From an uncultured Methanolobus sp. (GTDB lineage: Archaea; Halobacteriota; Methanosarcinia; Methanosarcinales; Methanosarcinaceae), in assembly GCA_963675495.1 (NCBI GenBank), contig OY776215.1:800001-864000 (forward strand): a stretch of 64,000 bases of DNA. Direction: 5' to 3'. The translations under genes and the position numbers were made by a program. Below, piece by piece: positions 1 through 10,058 of the stretch (the first letter of the stretch is position 1; each line of letters opens with the position of its first letter). The notes beneath the pieces are model-generated. The model searched no databases. It was not told where the DNA came from and worked only from the letters and a program-made list of their open reading frames with translations.

Positions 1-360
1 ACATAATTCTAAAGATGAGTTCAAAGAACCCATACTTGATTTGATCGTAATGACATCTCATTTTTCAAACAATAATTGTCGATTTTATCAAATTGGGTAA
101 CATTAATGAAAATGACCAATTACTGTTTTTCGTAAAATACCGAAGATACTACACGAACTTCCGACCTTGTGCATAACATTTATCTAAAACTGTACTACTT
201 TGCTTACAAAAATATTGTTTGCGATAGATATATTTAGAAGAATGTTTGTTAGACTAAAGCATGGGGTTTGTGTAAAAATAAACTTTTTTATACGTATCCT
301 TAATAATCAATATTATGTTTATTATATGATCCATTTATTTGATCGATCACGGAGATAATT

Positions 361-2601
361 ATGCATCTCATCATAGCAGAAAAGCACATCGCAGCAAAAA
401 GAATAGCAGCGATCCTGGCCCCAGGGAAGACAAAACAAGTTCGTGTGAGTGGAGTAGACACCTATGAATATGAAACAGAAGAGGGAACTAAGATATTCAT
501 GGGACTTAGCGGACACATAGTAAAACTTGATTTTCCAAAAGCCTATAACAACTGGCAAAAAGTAGAAGCAAGCGAGCTGATATCCGCAGATATAATCACT
601 ACATCAACGCAGGTAAAAATAGTAGCTGCACTGAAAAAACTGGGAAAAAAAGCCACCAAAGTAACAATTGCAACGGACTATGACAGAGAAGGAGAACTAA
701 TTGGAGTTGAAGCTCTCGACATCATCCAGAAAGTGAATCCAGATGTCGAATTTGAACGTGTCCACTACAGTGCAATTACTCCAAAGGCTATTGATGATGC
801 TTTTTCAAATCCTGTAAAAGTTGATTTCAACCTGGCAGATGCAGGGCATTCAAGACAGGTCATAGATCTTGTATGGGGTGCTTCACTTACACGTTATATA
901 TCCCTTTCCGCAGGACGTCTTGGAAAGATGTTCCTTTCGGTAGGAAGAGTACAGTCACCTACCCTCTCACTGATAGTGGAACGTGAAAAGGAAAGAGATG
1001 CTTTTATTCCGAAGCCCTATTGGGAACTCTCAGCAATGCTTGAGAGCAAAAAGGGAGAACAGTTCAAGGTAGAACACCGCACAAAACGCTTCTGGGATAA
1101 GGAAGAAGTTGATGCGGCACTGGAAAAGATATCAGTGGGTGATGATGCTGTTGTAACTGATGTCACAACTTCCGAAAAAATAGACAAACAACCAACTCCT
1201 TTTAACACTACTGAATTTATCAGTGCTGCAAGTTCCATCGGTTTTACAGCAGCCAATGCAATGAGGATCGCTGAAACACTTTATACCAGCGGTTGGATCT
1301 CATACCCAAGAACCGATAACACTGTGTACCCTGAAAGTCTGGACCTCAGAGCACAGATAGAGATATTCAAAAAAGGTGCTTTCAAGCAATACGCGCTCAA
1401 ATTACTTGAGAAGAAAGAACTTGTACCCACAAAAGGCAAGAAAGAGACAACAGATCACCCCCCTATTTTTCCTGCATCCCTTGCCAAAAAATCAGAGATG
1501 AATGAGCAGGAATGGAAACTTTACGAACTTGTTGTCAGGCGTTTCTTTGCAACATTTGCCGACCCGGCCAAATGGGAGACCATTCGTTCAAAGTTTGACA
1601 TAAAAGAAGAAGAATTCAAGGCAAACGGCGCAAGACTTGTGGTCCCTGGGTGGAGATGGTACTATCATTACAATGCACCTGAAGACAGACTTTTACCAGA
1701 GCTTAATGAAGGCGACAAGCTCAATGTGAACAATGTGGAAGTTGAGGCAAAAGAAACACAGCCACCCGGAAGATATGGCCAGGGAAGACTCATAAGGATA
1801 ATGGAAGAGATGGGACTTGGCACCAAAGCAACCCGCCATGAGATTATCAGTAAACTTTATTCAAGAGCATACGTGCATGGAAATCCTTTGCAGCCTACCA
1901 AGACCGCAATTGCTGTTGTTGATGCTCTTGAAAAATTCGCTCCCACCATTTCTAAACCAGACATGACCAGCAAACTTGAAGCTGATATGGACAGGATAGC
2001 AGAAGGCGAGATACCTGAAGATGATGTACTGAACGAATCCAGGGAAATGCTGGAGCTTATGTTCAATGATCTTGAAGGAAACAAGGAAGATATCACAGAA
2101 TCATTGCGTGCTGGTCTTCGAGAGGACAAGATCATTGGTGTTTGTTCTAAGTGTAAATCAAACCTCATGATAATGAGATCAAAGAGAGGGTCCCGTTTTA
2201 TAGGCTGTGATGGGTACCCTGATTGCAATTTTGCACTCCCTCTTCCACGCTCAGGACAAATTGTGGTTACGGATAAATTATGTGAGGAGCACGGCATGTA
2301 CCACATACGCATAATCAACTCCGGCAAAAGGCCATGGAACCTTGGATGTCCACATTGTAACTTCCTTGAATGGCAAAAAACACAGGAAGAAGAAAAACAA
2401 AAGCAAGGCACTGATAAGGATAAGGAACGCCCAAAGACAATTAACGACATATCCGGAATTGGGAAAGTTACAACGGAAAAGCTTGCTGATGCTGGAATTT
2501 GTAGTTTGGATGATCTGTGCACTGCTGATGCCATAGAACTTGCAAAAGTTACAAGTATACCTGTTAAGAAATTAAAGAAATGGCAGTCTGAAATAGATTG
2601 A
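361..2601 (+). CDS. topA: DNA topoisomerase I (type IA) with C-terminal Zn ribbons and HhH domain
   Basis: TOPRIM IIAEK and ATDYDREGE, SVGRVQSPTL, catalytic ISYPRTD, GLGTKATR, C4 Zn-ribbon repeats. Confidence 0.97.
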   Translation: MHLIIAEKHIAAKRIAAILAPGKTKQVRVSGVDTYEYETEEGTKIFMGLSGHIVKLDFPKAYNNWQKVEASELISADIITTSTQVKIVAALKKLGKKATKVTIATDYDREGELIGVEALDIIQKVNPDVEFERVHYSAITPKAIDDAFSNPVKVDFNLADAGHSRQVIDLVWGASLTRYISLSAGRLGKMFLSVGRVQSPTLSLIVEREKERDAFIPKPYWELSAMLESKKGEQFKVEHRTKRFWDKEEVDAALEKISVGDDAVVTDVTTSEKIDKQPTPFNTTEFISAASSIGFTAANAMRIAETLYTSGWISYPRTDNTVYPESLDLRAQIEIFKKGAFKQYALKLLEKKELVPTKGKKETTDHPPIFPASLAKKSEMNEQEWKLYELVVRRFFATFADPAKWETIRSKFDIKEEEFKANGARLVVPGWRWYYHYNAPEDRLLPELNEGDKLNVNNVEVEAKETQPPGRYGQGRLIRIMEEMGLGTKATRHEIISKLYSRAYVHGNPLQPTKTAIAVVDALEKFAPTISKPDMTSKLEADMDRIAEGEIPEDDVLNESREMLELMFNDLEGNKEDITESLRAGLREDKIIGVCSKCKSNLMIMRSKRGSRFIGCDGYPDCNFALPLPRSGQIVVTDKLCEEHGMYHIRIINSGKRPWNLGCPHCNFLEWQKTQEEEKQKQGTDKDKERPKTINDISGIGKVTTEKLADAGICSLDDLCTADAIELAKVTSIPVKKLKKWQSEID

Positions 2602-2617
2602 CAGGAGTGAGTTATAA

Positions 2618-3856
2618 ATGGAACTGGAATTCAAAGGTGCATGCAGGGAAGTTGGAAGATCGGCAGTCCTCATTGATGATAAACTTATGATGGATTACGG
2701 AGTGTCTCCGGGAGAGCATATAAAGTACCCAGTGAATGGGTCACGGCCTGAGGCTGTGCTTGTATCCCATGCACACATAGACCATTCCGGAGCAGTTCCA
2801 AACCTAATGGACCTTGAACCTGATATCTACATGACACCAACTACTTTTGACCTCACACATATGCTGGCAAATGACACATTGAGAATTGCAGAAAGGAAAG
2901 GAGAAATGCCAGCATATGATTCTATTGACCTCTCAAAGTTTGTCCATAAAACAAAACAAGTGGATACGGGAGTCGAATTCCAAGTGCATGGTTACGATGT
3001 TGAGTTCCTGAATGCAGGACATATTCCCGGTGCATCAGCGATCCATGTCCGGGATAAAGAGGGTAAAAGTCTGTTCTACACAGGAGACATCAATACCGAT
3101 GATACACGACTGGTTCTCGGTGCAATTGACTTCCCTGATTCAGATATACTCATTACCGAAAGCACATATTTTGGGGACGACCACCCTCCCCGAAAAGAAA
3201 TCGAAAAGGAATTCATCGATTCGGTGCAGGATACTCTAAACATTGGTGGAAGCGTCATTATTCCTGCCTTTGCCATAGGGAGAACTCAGGAAATACTAAT
3301 GCTTCTGGATTCCTACGGCATCAGAGCCTATGTTGACGGAATGGGAGTACAGGCATACAAGATCATGTCAAGACATCCCGAGTACATACGCAATCCCACG
3401 CATCTTAAAAAAGCATTTGATAATGCTACCATGATAACTGGTCGCAAAAGAAATAAGATAAAACTTGAATCTTCCGTAGTTGTAACAACAGCCGGAATGC
3501 TCAATGGCGGACCTGTGCTCTATTACATCAATAAACTATACAATGATCCAAAATCAAAGATAATACTTACAGGATACCAGGTGGAAGGCACTAACGGCAG
3601 AATGGCATTGGACACAGGCAACATAGACAATGATGGAATTATCCAGCACCTCAAACCGAAAATAGAACAATATGATTTTTCCGCCCACTCAGGAGACAGG
3701 GAACTTAAAGAAATGGTGAAGGATTTCTGTGACAGAGGGACTGAACATGTCTTCACTATGCATGGAGATAACTGTGAAGGATTTGCAGACTGGGTAAAAG
3801 AAGAAATGGGCGTTGAGGCATTCGCACCGGAAATCGGTGAGCGCTTTACACTATAA
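2618..3856 (+). CDS. MBL-fold beta-CASP ribonuclease
   Basis: GACREVGRS, SHAHIDHSG, AGHIPG, YTGD, PAFAIGRTQE, FSAHS motifs. Confidence 0.9.
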   Translation: MELEFKGACREVGRSAVLIDDKLMMDYGVSPGEHIKYPVNGSRPEAVLVSHAHIDHSGAVPNLMDLEPDIYMTPTTFDLTHMLANDTLRIAERKGEMPAYDSIDLSKFVHKTKQVDTGVEFQVHGYDVEFLNAGHIPGASAIHVRDKEGKSLFYTGDINTDDTRLVLGAIDFPDSDILITESTYFGDDHPPRKEIEKEFIDSVQDTLNIGGSVIIPAFAIGRTQEILMLLDSYGIRAYVDGMGVQAYKIMSRHPEYIRNPTHLKKAFDNATMITGRKRNKIKLESSVVVTTAGMLNGGPVLYYINKLYNDPKSKIILTGYQVEGTNGRMALDTGNIDNDGIIQHLKPKIEQYDFSAHSGDRELKEMVKDFCDRGTEHVFTMHGDNCEGFADWVKEEMGVEAFAPEIGERFTL

Positions 3857-3871
3857 AAGGAAAATATCAAT

Positions 3872-4513
3872 TCATAAACATGAAGAACTTTGATATTTCA
3901 TATCATCGTTCATCTTTTTGGTCTTTATCATTGCAAGCTTAAGGTTTTCTATTGCATCGCTATGTTCAGGATCGATCCTGAGAACCTTGGAAAAACAGTC
4001 TGCTGCATCCTCATATTGTCCAAGACCGAAGTAAGCAAGCCCTTTTTTATTCCATACAACAGCAAATTTATTATCAAGCTCAATTTCCTTGTGAACCTTG
4101 CTATAACAGTTGATGGCTTCGTTATGATCACCCATCAATTCAAGTATATCACCTTTGTTGATCCATGCATTATCATTGTCAGGATCAAGGGCAAGTATCC
4201 GGTTATAACATTTGATGGACTCCTCATATTTACCCGTATTAAAGAGAACTACACCCATATTGCATAAGACATCAACATCATTTTTATTAAGAAAAACAGA
4301 GTTCCTGAAGCACTCTAAAGCTTCTTCATCCCTCCCAAGGAAAGAAAGTGCGATTCCCTTATTGTTCCAAACGAGTGCTATAGCCTCATTACTCCATAGT
4401 TCAGGATCCAGGTCCTCGCACTCCAATATGAGCGAAAAATATTCAATCTTCTCTTCCGGATCTTCGGCATCAAATGCTAATTTGAACCATTCTTCCGGCA
4501 CATCAGGATCCAT
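3872..4513 (-). CDS. Tetratricopeptide repeat protein
   Basis: Several WNNKG..L...EA..CF TPR units. Confidence 0.88.
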   Translation of the reverse strand: MDPDVPEEWFKLAFDAEDPEEKIEYFSLILECEDLDPELWSNEAIALVWNNKGIALSFLGRDEEALECFRNSVFLNKNDVDVLCNMGVVLFNTGKYEESIKCYNRILALDPDNDNAWINKGDILELMGDHNEAINCYSKVHKEIELDNKFAVVWNKKGLAYFGLGQYEDAADCFSKVLRIDPEHSDAIENLKLAMIKTKKMNDDMKYQSSSCL

Positions 4514-4761
4514 TCAGCCAACCAACTCCAAAATAAATAACATGCTTCTATATACCGCCATATAGCAGTTCATTTTAATTTCTGTTTTCCCTAATGTGCA
4601 TAACATATTAATTAAGTTATCGAAATTATTCGGACACTGTAAAAGCATATCAACTTAGTTCTTAAAACTCCATTTTAAATTTGATACGATTTTCTTAGAA
4701 GAATCTCTAAAATAAGTTCCTGCTTCATGCGAACCTAGTTAACATAAGGAAACAGATTATC

Positions 4762-4812
4762 TTATTATTATTATAATTATTATAATTATTATATTATAAG
4801 TATAACCGTTAT
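4762..4812. repeat. Low-complexity (TTA/TAA)n tract
   Basis: ttattattattataattattataattattatattataagtataac upstream of the pseudogene. Confidence 0.6.
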
Positions 4813-4828
4813 AACCAGGGAGAATTAT

Positions 4829-5075
4829 ATGAATACTTTACAGATTTCAGATATGCATTTCGGCCCCCGACATTGAGATAGAGACAATTAAATCCTACTG
4901 GAGATTATCAATTCGTTTGATGCTGATATCGTCATCAACACCGGGAACAATGCAAGAGATGGTATGAAAGACGAGTGTGCTGAAGAAGGCTGTTTTTTAA
5001 ATTCCGCCGACCTTATCGATTTTGTACAAAAACATAAATTGAATACGTTTTTTGCGGTCATCCTCACGAACTGAA
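4829..5075 (+). pseudogene. Metallophosphoesterase (calcineurin-like) pseudogene fragment
   Basis: ATG at 4829 after GGGAGA reads MNTLQISDMHFGPRH*DRDN*ILLEIINSFDADIVINTGN: DxH motif I and degenerate GD motif II, with two in-frame stops; 3' boundary approximate. Confidence 0.7.
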
Positions 5076-5368
5076 AATTATACAAGCAAATGATCAATAT
5101 CACGGTCATTTATTTACCAATTTTATGTGTGGCAGTCTATCCTCTAGCAATCATCCAAACGATGATAGCATGTTTTTGTATTATGAAAATGTGGACAGTG
5201 AAGATATACATTTACATCTGATACGAATCTTTTTAAAGATAAGGAAGGTACATTTTAAACAAGAAAAAGTCTTTTAGGGGAGACTTTCAGTAATAATACT
5301 TTTATAAGTTCCTTTAACACAGTTGACACCCTTTATAATGGGATGAATACCAAACAATTGGATTTACA

Positions 5369-6388
5369 ATGAGTTTGGACCACAGCAATAGTGATAATGG
5401 AAATATAACCACCGCATTATTATTGGCAGCTGGTAAGGGCAGTCGTTTATATCCTCTAACACGCGACACACCTAAGTGCCTTACAATGGTCCATGAGGCT
5501 TCTATACTTGAGCGACTTGTCATCAATTTGAAAAAACAAGGCTTCAAACGTCTTGTCATTGTCACGGGATACCAGGAGAAATGTATTCGTGATTTTTTAG
5601 AAACGCGTTCATGCGGTATGACAATTGATTATATTTCCAGTCCCCTTTACGCGACCACCAATAACATCTATTCACTCTGGATGGCGCGCGATATTATTAA
5701 TGAGCCTTTCTTACTTGTTGAAAGCGACCTCATTTTTGATGAATCTCTTCTGGATGGTATGTGCTCTCCTGACCGAATTGCCGTTGGATGCATGCAACCA
5801 TGGATGAATGGTTCTACTGTTACAGCCAATAAATCCCATCATGTTAAGAAATTCCAAAGCGGTATTGCTGGGCCGCTTGATGAGATCAGATACAAAACTG
5901 TCAATATTTACAGTTTTTCACTCCCTTCGTGGCATAGTATTAAAGAAAGGCTGGGTCAGTATATTTCAGCCGGTAAAGTAAATGAATATTATGAAACCGT
6001 CTTTGCGGAAATGGTGACTGATGGCAGTCTCTCCCTTGAAACAATCTCATTTGACAGTAAGCGATGGTACGAAATAGACACAGTCTCAGATCTTGAAAAG
6101 GCTGAGAGATTATTTTCAGCAGACAAATATGAAACAATTATTCCTTACAATACCACATCAAAGATTTCTGGACTACCAAGGCCATTTTTTTTGATAAGCA
6201 ACAAACAGGGAGTAAAAGTGGTTACTCGTTCACTTTCCGCCTTAAGGCCATTGACCCAGTCTAACCCTTTGAATTTAAAGTCAATTTATCAAGCTAAGAC
6301 TTTAAAAAATGAAGTGCCACTTCAACATCATTTAAGAGGAATAATACCTGATGCAACACAATTACAAGACCCAAACCGAAAAATATGA
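5369..6388 (+). CDS. LicC-like phosphocholine/sugar-phosphate cytidylyltransferase family protein
   Basis: LLAAGKGSRL..PKCL, YATTNNIYSL, LVESDL, WYEIDT..DL; unusually long C-terminal tail. Confidence 0.85.
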   Translation: MSLDHSNSDNGNITTALLLAAGKGSRLYPLTRDTPKCLTMVHEASILERLVINLKKQGFKRLVIVTGYQEKCIRDFLETRSCGMTIDYISSPLYATTNNIYSLWMARDIINEPFLLVESDLIFDESLLDGMCSPDRIAVGCMQPWMNGSTVTANKSHHVKKFQSGIAGPLDEIRYKTVNIYSFSLPSWHSIKERLGQYISAGKVNEYYETVFAEMVTDGSLSLETISFDSKRWYEIDTVSDLEKAERLFSADKYETIIPYNTTSKISGLPRPFFLISNKQGVKVVTRSLSALRPLTQSNPLNLKSIYQAKTLKNEVPLQHHLRGIIPDATQLQDPNRKI

Positions 6389-7466
6389 TTTCATTTCCAG
6401 ACAGCATGGTGGTTACTATCACCATGAATTTATTGATCATGCTTATCTTTACAATCTATATTTCCCGCCAGAAGCAGTTTTTACAAGCTTTAAAGATCAA
6501 ATTCACGACATTGTCCTTAACTATCCTATTGCACAGGATGCTCTTGCCGGTCTTATAAGTGATCTGATCCATCAACCTGCTGAAAGAATTGTTGTAGGAA
6601 ACGGTGCTGCTGAACTTATCAAAATCATCTCCGGCCACATCTCTGGCAAGTTGATTGTTCCAGTGCCATCTTTTAATGAATATGCAAATGCAGCACCTGA
6701 GGGACAGGTAGTAGAATTTCCTCTCGAATTTCCATCTTTTCAACTGGATGTAAACAAATTTGCTGCCGAAGCGATCAAAGTTAAAGCAGATGTTGCTGTC
6801 GTGGTAACACCTAATAACCCAACATCGATTCTGGTTCCAAAATCCGACCTAATATCTCTTTCTCAAAAACTTGCAGATCATGACTGTATGCTCATCATCG
6901 ATGAGTCCTTCATGGATTTTGCACATGATCCTGATCAGGCAACTCTGGAACACGAAGTTGAAAGCTATCCAAACATAGCCATCCTTAAAAGCATGAGCAA
7001 AGCCTATGGCATCTGTGGTCTCAGGATTGGTTATATGGTAACTGCAAATTTAGAATTCGCTGAATCTGTAAGAAAAGGCATACATATCTGGAATATTAAT
7101 GGATTCGCCGAAGAGTTTTTGCGGATATTGCCCGATTACAGAAAAGAGTTTGTTGAAAGCTGTAAACATGTACGTGTAGACCGAGATAATCTGTATAAAA
7201 GCCTGCGTGCTATCCCGGGAATGACTGTTTACAAACCCGATGCAAACTTTATTTTCTGCCGCCTGCCAGATCACGCACAAAGTGGTCCAGAAGTCACACG
7301 GAAATTGTTCATTGAGCATAACATGTATATAAAACACTGCCAAGACAAGACTCTACCTGATTCCAGCCGTTATGTTCGTATCGCCAGTCGTACTGAAACA
7401 GAAAATTACAAATTAGTTGAAGCGTTGATAGATGTTATTGACTCAGATAAAATGGAAGTATTCTGA
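6351..7466 (+). CDS. PLP-dependent class I/II aminotransferase or decarboxylase (HisC/CobD-like)
   Basis: VGNGAAELI, PNNPT, IDESFMDF, KSMSKAYGICGLRIGY (PLP lysine), ANF, VRIA. Confidence 0.88.
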   Translation: MQHNYKTQTEKYDFISRQHGGYYHHEFIDHAYLYNLYFPPEAVFTSFKDQIHDIVLNYPIAQDALAGLISDLIHQPAERIVVGNGAAELIKIISGHISGKLIVPVPSFNEYANAAPEGQVVEFPLEFPSFQLDVNKFAAEAIKVKADVAVVVTPNNPTSILVPKSDLISLSQKLADHDCMLIIDESFMDFAHDPDQATLEHEVESYPNIAILKSMSKAYGICGLRIGYMVTANLEFAESVRKGIHIWNINGFAEEFLRILPDYRKEFVESCKHVRVDRDNLYKSLRAIPGMTVYKPDANFIFCRLPDHAQSGPEVTRKLFIEHNMYIKHCQDKTLPDSSRYVRIASRTETENYKLVEALIDVIDSDKMEVF

Positions 7467-8098
7467 TGAATGATTCTGACCAGCAGCGATCACATCAGTT
7501 AGGAATGCTTGATTTTGTCCGGGATCTTCCAAACATCTGTTCTCTTGCAGGGTTGTTATGTGCAGTCCTTAGTATATACTATGCCATATTAGGTAATTTG
7601 TCATTTGCGATAATTGGGATGATATGGGCTGTTGTTTTTGATTGGGGAGACGGATTAATTGCTCGCCGGATGAAAGGGCGAACTGATGAATATCGAGCTT
7701 TCGGAGGGCAGCTTGATTCATTGATAGATATTGTAAGTTTTGGAATTTGCCCCGCTGTATTTCTCTTAAGCTATGGAGAATTCAGCCCATGGTTCCTACC
7801 CGGAGCATTTGTGATTGTTGCCGTTGGTGTAATAAGGTTGAGTTATTTCAATGTTTTTGGTTTAGTCGATGATTCGACTTATATGGGATTAGCACTTGAC
7901 AACAATGTCCTTATTCTTGCCTTTATCTTTCTGTTTAACAGTTATTTCAGCCAGCCGATCTTTACAATCACTATATATGCACTGTTAATTGTCATGGCTG
8001 CCTTTAATGTAGCACCAATCCGAACCCCCAAGTTTTCCAGCAGGTGGTTTTCTGTTCTCCTGATTTACACCGTGGGATTGACAGCTATTTATATATGA
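7466..8098 (+). CDS. CDP-alcohol phosphatidyltransferase family protein
   Basis: DWGDGLIARR....FGGQLDSLID signature; multiple TM helices; TGATG overlap with upstream gene. Confidence 0.9.
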   Translation: MNDSDQQRSHQLGMLDFVRDLPNICSLAGLLCAVLSIYYAILGNLSFAIIGMIWAVVFDWGDGLIARRMKGRTDEYRAFGGQLDSLIDIVSFGICPAVFLLSYGEFSPWFLPGAFVIVAVGVIRLSYFNVFGLVDDSTYMGLALDNNVLILAFIFLFNSYFSQPIFTITIYALLIVMAAFNVAPIRTPKFSSRWFSVLLIYTVGLTAIYI

Positions 8099-8161
8099 AT
8101 ATTCTGGAACAAATATCAATGAATTTGAATCAATTACAATTGAAAAAAGGAGGTACAACAT

Positions 8162-9433
8162 ATGTGCAGCTACCAGCCACTAAGGAAATGTATCTCAAAC
8201 AATGACAATGAATTAATAATTTACGGGGCTGATTCTTTCTCTCAGTTCCCCCGCCGTGATGCATCTGTGCATTCAAAATGTGACAGAGCACTTCCAATAG
8301 CACGCCATGATGATCTGGTAGTTCTTCGTGGAACTCTGGATCAAGAGTATAATAAATGGCTGCGTTCTCATGGGCTTGGGTCGGATAATATTGTTGAATA
8401 TAATATTCATTCTCCTGAACTGACTCTTTCAGAACTGATCATTAAGGATCCTGAACCGGTCAATAAAATAATCAGACGGCTTGGGAGAATGCCTGTATAT
8501 GTGCCATGGTTTTCAGGGCGCATGGAGGCTGAAGCTGCAAAGGTCCTTGGAGCGGATCTTTTCGGGGCTACTGAAATTGCAACACTAACATATAATGATA
8601 AATCCGCTTTTAAGACCCTATGTCGACAATTAGACATATCTGTTGTTGAAGGCAGTTTATTTGAAATACATCCTGAAGATGCTAATAATTGCGTAGAGAT
8701 GAAAAACGTTATCAAATGGTATCTGTCAACCTGTGAAACGGTTATAATTCGAGGTGCTGTGGGCGAAGCAGGCATGTCTTTATACAAAACCCGAGGCAAT
8801 GATATTTCAGAGATATATCGTGAAATTGCAATTAGCGGTGAAAAATCGGTTATTATTGAGCCTTTTCTGAATGTTTCGTCTTCTCCAAATGATCAGTGGG
8901 TAATTAGTAGAAATGGAACTATAAATTCTCTTGGTATGCGAAATCAAATATGTGAAAGAGGTATGGTACACATTGGTACTCTTAAAGGAGCAATAATTTC
9001 ACAGGATATTTCAAATTTTATTACAAATACATCTGCAAAAATTATAAACAATATGCTTGAATTTGGATATCGGGGTGTAGTAGGCATCGATTATATTGTA
9101 TCGAATGATGGTATATTCCCTGTTGAAAATAATGCTCGTTTTAACAGTTCCTCTTATGTGGGCATGATAATAGATAACATTGAAGAATTAACAGCTCCTA
9201 TCCCCTGCTGGAAATTTATAAAAATAAAGACCGAAGCATGTTCTTTTCTTGAGCTCACGGACCGTATTGAACCAATACTTTATGATGGAAAAAAATCAAA
9301 TTCGGTGTTTCCTTTCAGCTGCGATACATTGCCGTTGTCCGGCGATTTTGCTGTTGTGCTCTTAGCCGAAAATATGGATGAGATATATAGCATAGAAAAA
9401 TCATTGAAAGAAATGGGTGTTAAAAGGTTTTAA
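8162..9433 (+). CDS. ATP-grasp ligase with N-terminal pre-ATP-grasp-like region
   Basis: NDKSAFK, VIIEPFL, GVVGIDYIV, VENNARFN (ExNxR) motifs; GGAGG RBS. Confidence 0.75.
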   Translation: MCSYQPLRKCISNNDNELIIYGADSFSQFPRRDASVHSKCDRALPIARHDDLVVLRGTLDQEYNKWLRSHGLGSDNIVEYNIHSPELTLSELIIKDPEPVNKIIRRLGRMPVYVPWFSGRMEAEAAKVLGADLFGATEIATLTYNDKSAFKTLCRQLDISVVEGSLFEIHPEDANNCVEMKNVIKWYLSTCETVIIRGAVGEAGMSLYKTRGNDISEIYREIAISGEKSVIIEPFLNVSSSPNDQWVISRNGTINSLGMRNQICERGMVHIGTLKGAIISQDISNFITNTSAKIINNMLEFGYRGVVGIDYIVSNDGIFPVENNARFNSSSYVGMIIDNIEELTAPIPCWKFIKIKTEACSFLELTDRIEPILYDGKKSNSVFPFSCDTLPLSGDFAVVLLAENMDEIYSIEKSLKEMGVKRF

Positions 9434-9515
9434 TCAAATCTATATACCCTAATGAGAAACAGCAATAATAAAAGAAAAAAGTGGCTAAAAATGAATTTTA
9501 TGATTTACTAAGCGA

Positions 9516-10058
9516 TCAACAACTCAATTTTTCATGTTCTTGCTCTTTGCGTATATCATCTATGTGAATAAGCCTGTTAGCATCGATACCAACCAAACAC
9601 ATACCGTTCTTGTCCATTGACCAAACGCAATATCTGTCACCTATATCTTCAGGTATTTTCTCAGATGGCAATTCAGCAGGAGTAATGCTACATGACTGAA
9701 GACCCGGATATTCATCAGGATTCAGTTCCATTATTGTTACTATTTTCTGCAAATATGAAAAGAGGACATTTATATCTTCATGATCCCACTTTCGAATTCT
9801 TTCACACATAATGGGAATCAGAATTTTTGCCACACCAGTATTTGCCAGTATCTTATGTGAAAGACAAATAGAAGCATTATCATGTTTAACATCGTCATTT
9901 GGTCCCCGGAAACAGAATATACCTTCACTGACCATTAATTCAAGGTCCAGAGGGTCTTCCGAGCTATTTATTGCATTTTCTACGATTTCTATGTCAAGAT
10001 CATACTCATCAGCAATTCTTATGATAGCTTTTTCTATAACTATACTATTGTCTATCAG
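9516..10058 (-). CDS. Hypothetical protein (~180 aa, probable CTG start)
   Basis: Frame is open 41 codons upstream of the ATG at 9935 to a CTG that overlaps the mobA stop (CTGA), with GGATGTG upstream; ATG-only call is 9516..9935. Confidence 0.6.
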   Translation of the reverse strand: MIDNSIVIEKAIIRIADEYDLDIEIVENAINSSEDPLDLELMVSEGIFCFRGPNDDVKHDNASICLSHKILANTGVAKILIPIMCERIRKWDHEDINVLFSYLQKIVTIMELNPDEYPGLQSCSITPAELPSEKIPEDIGDRYCVWSMDKNGMCLVGIDANRLIHIDDIRKEQEHEKLSC

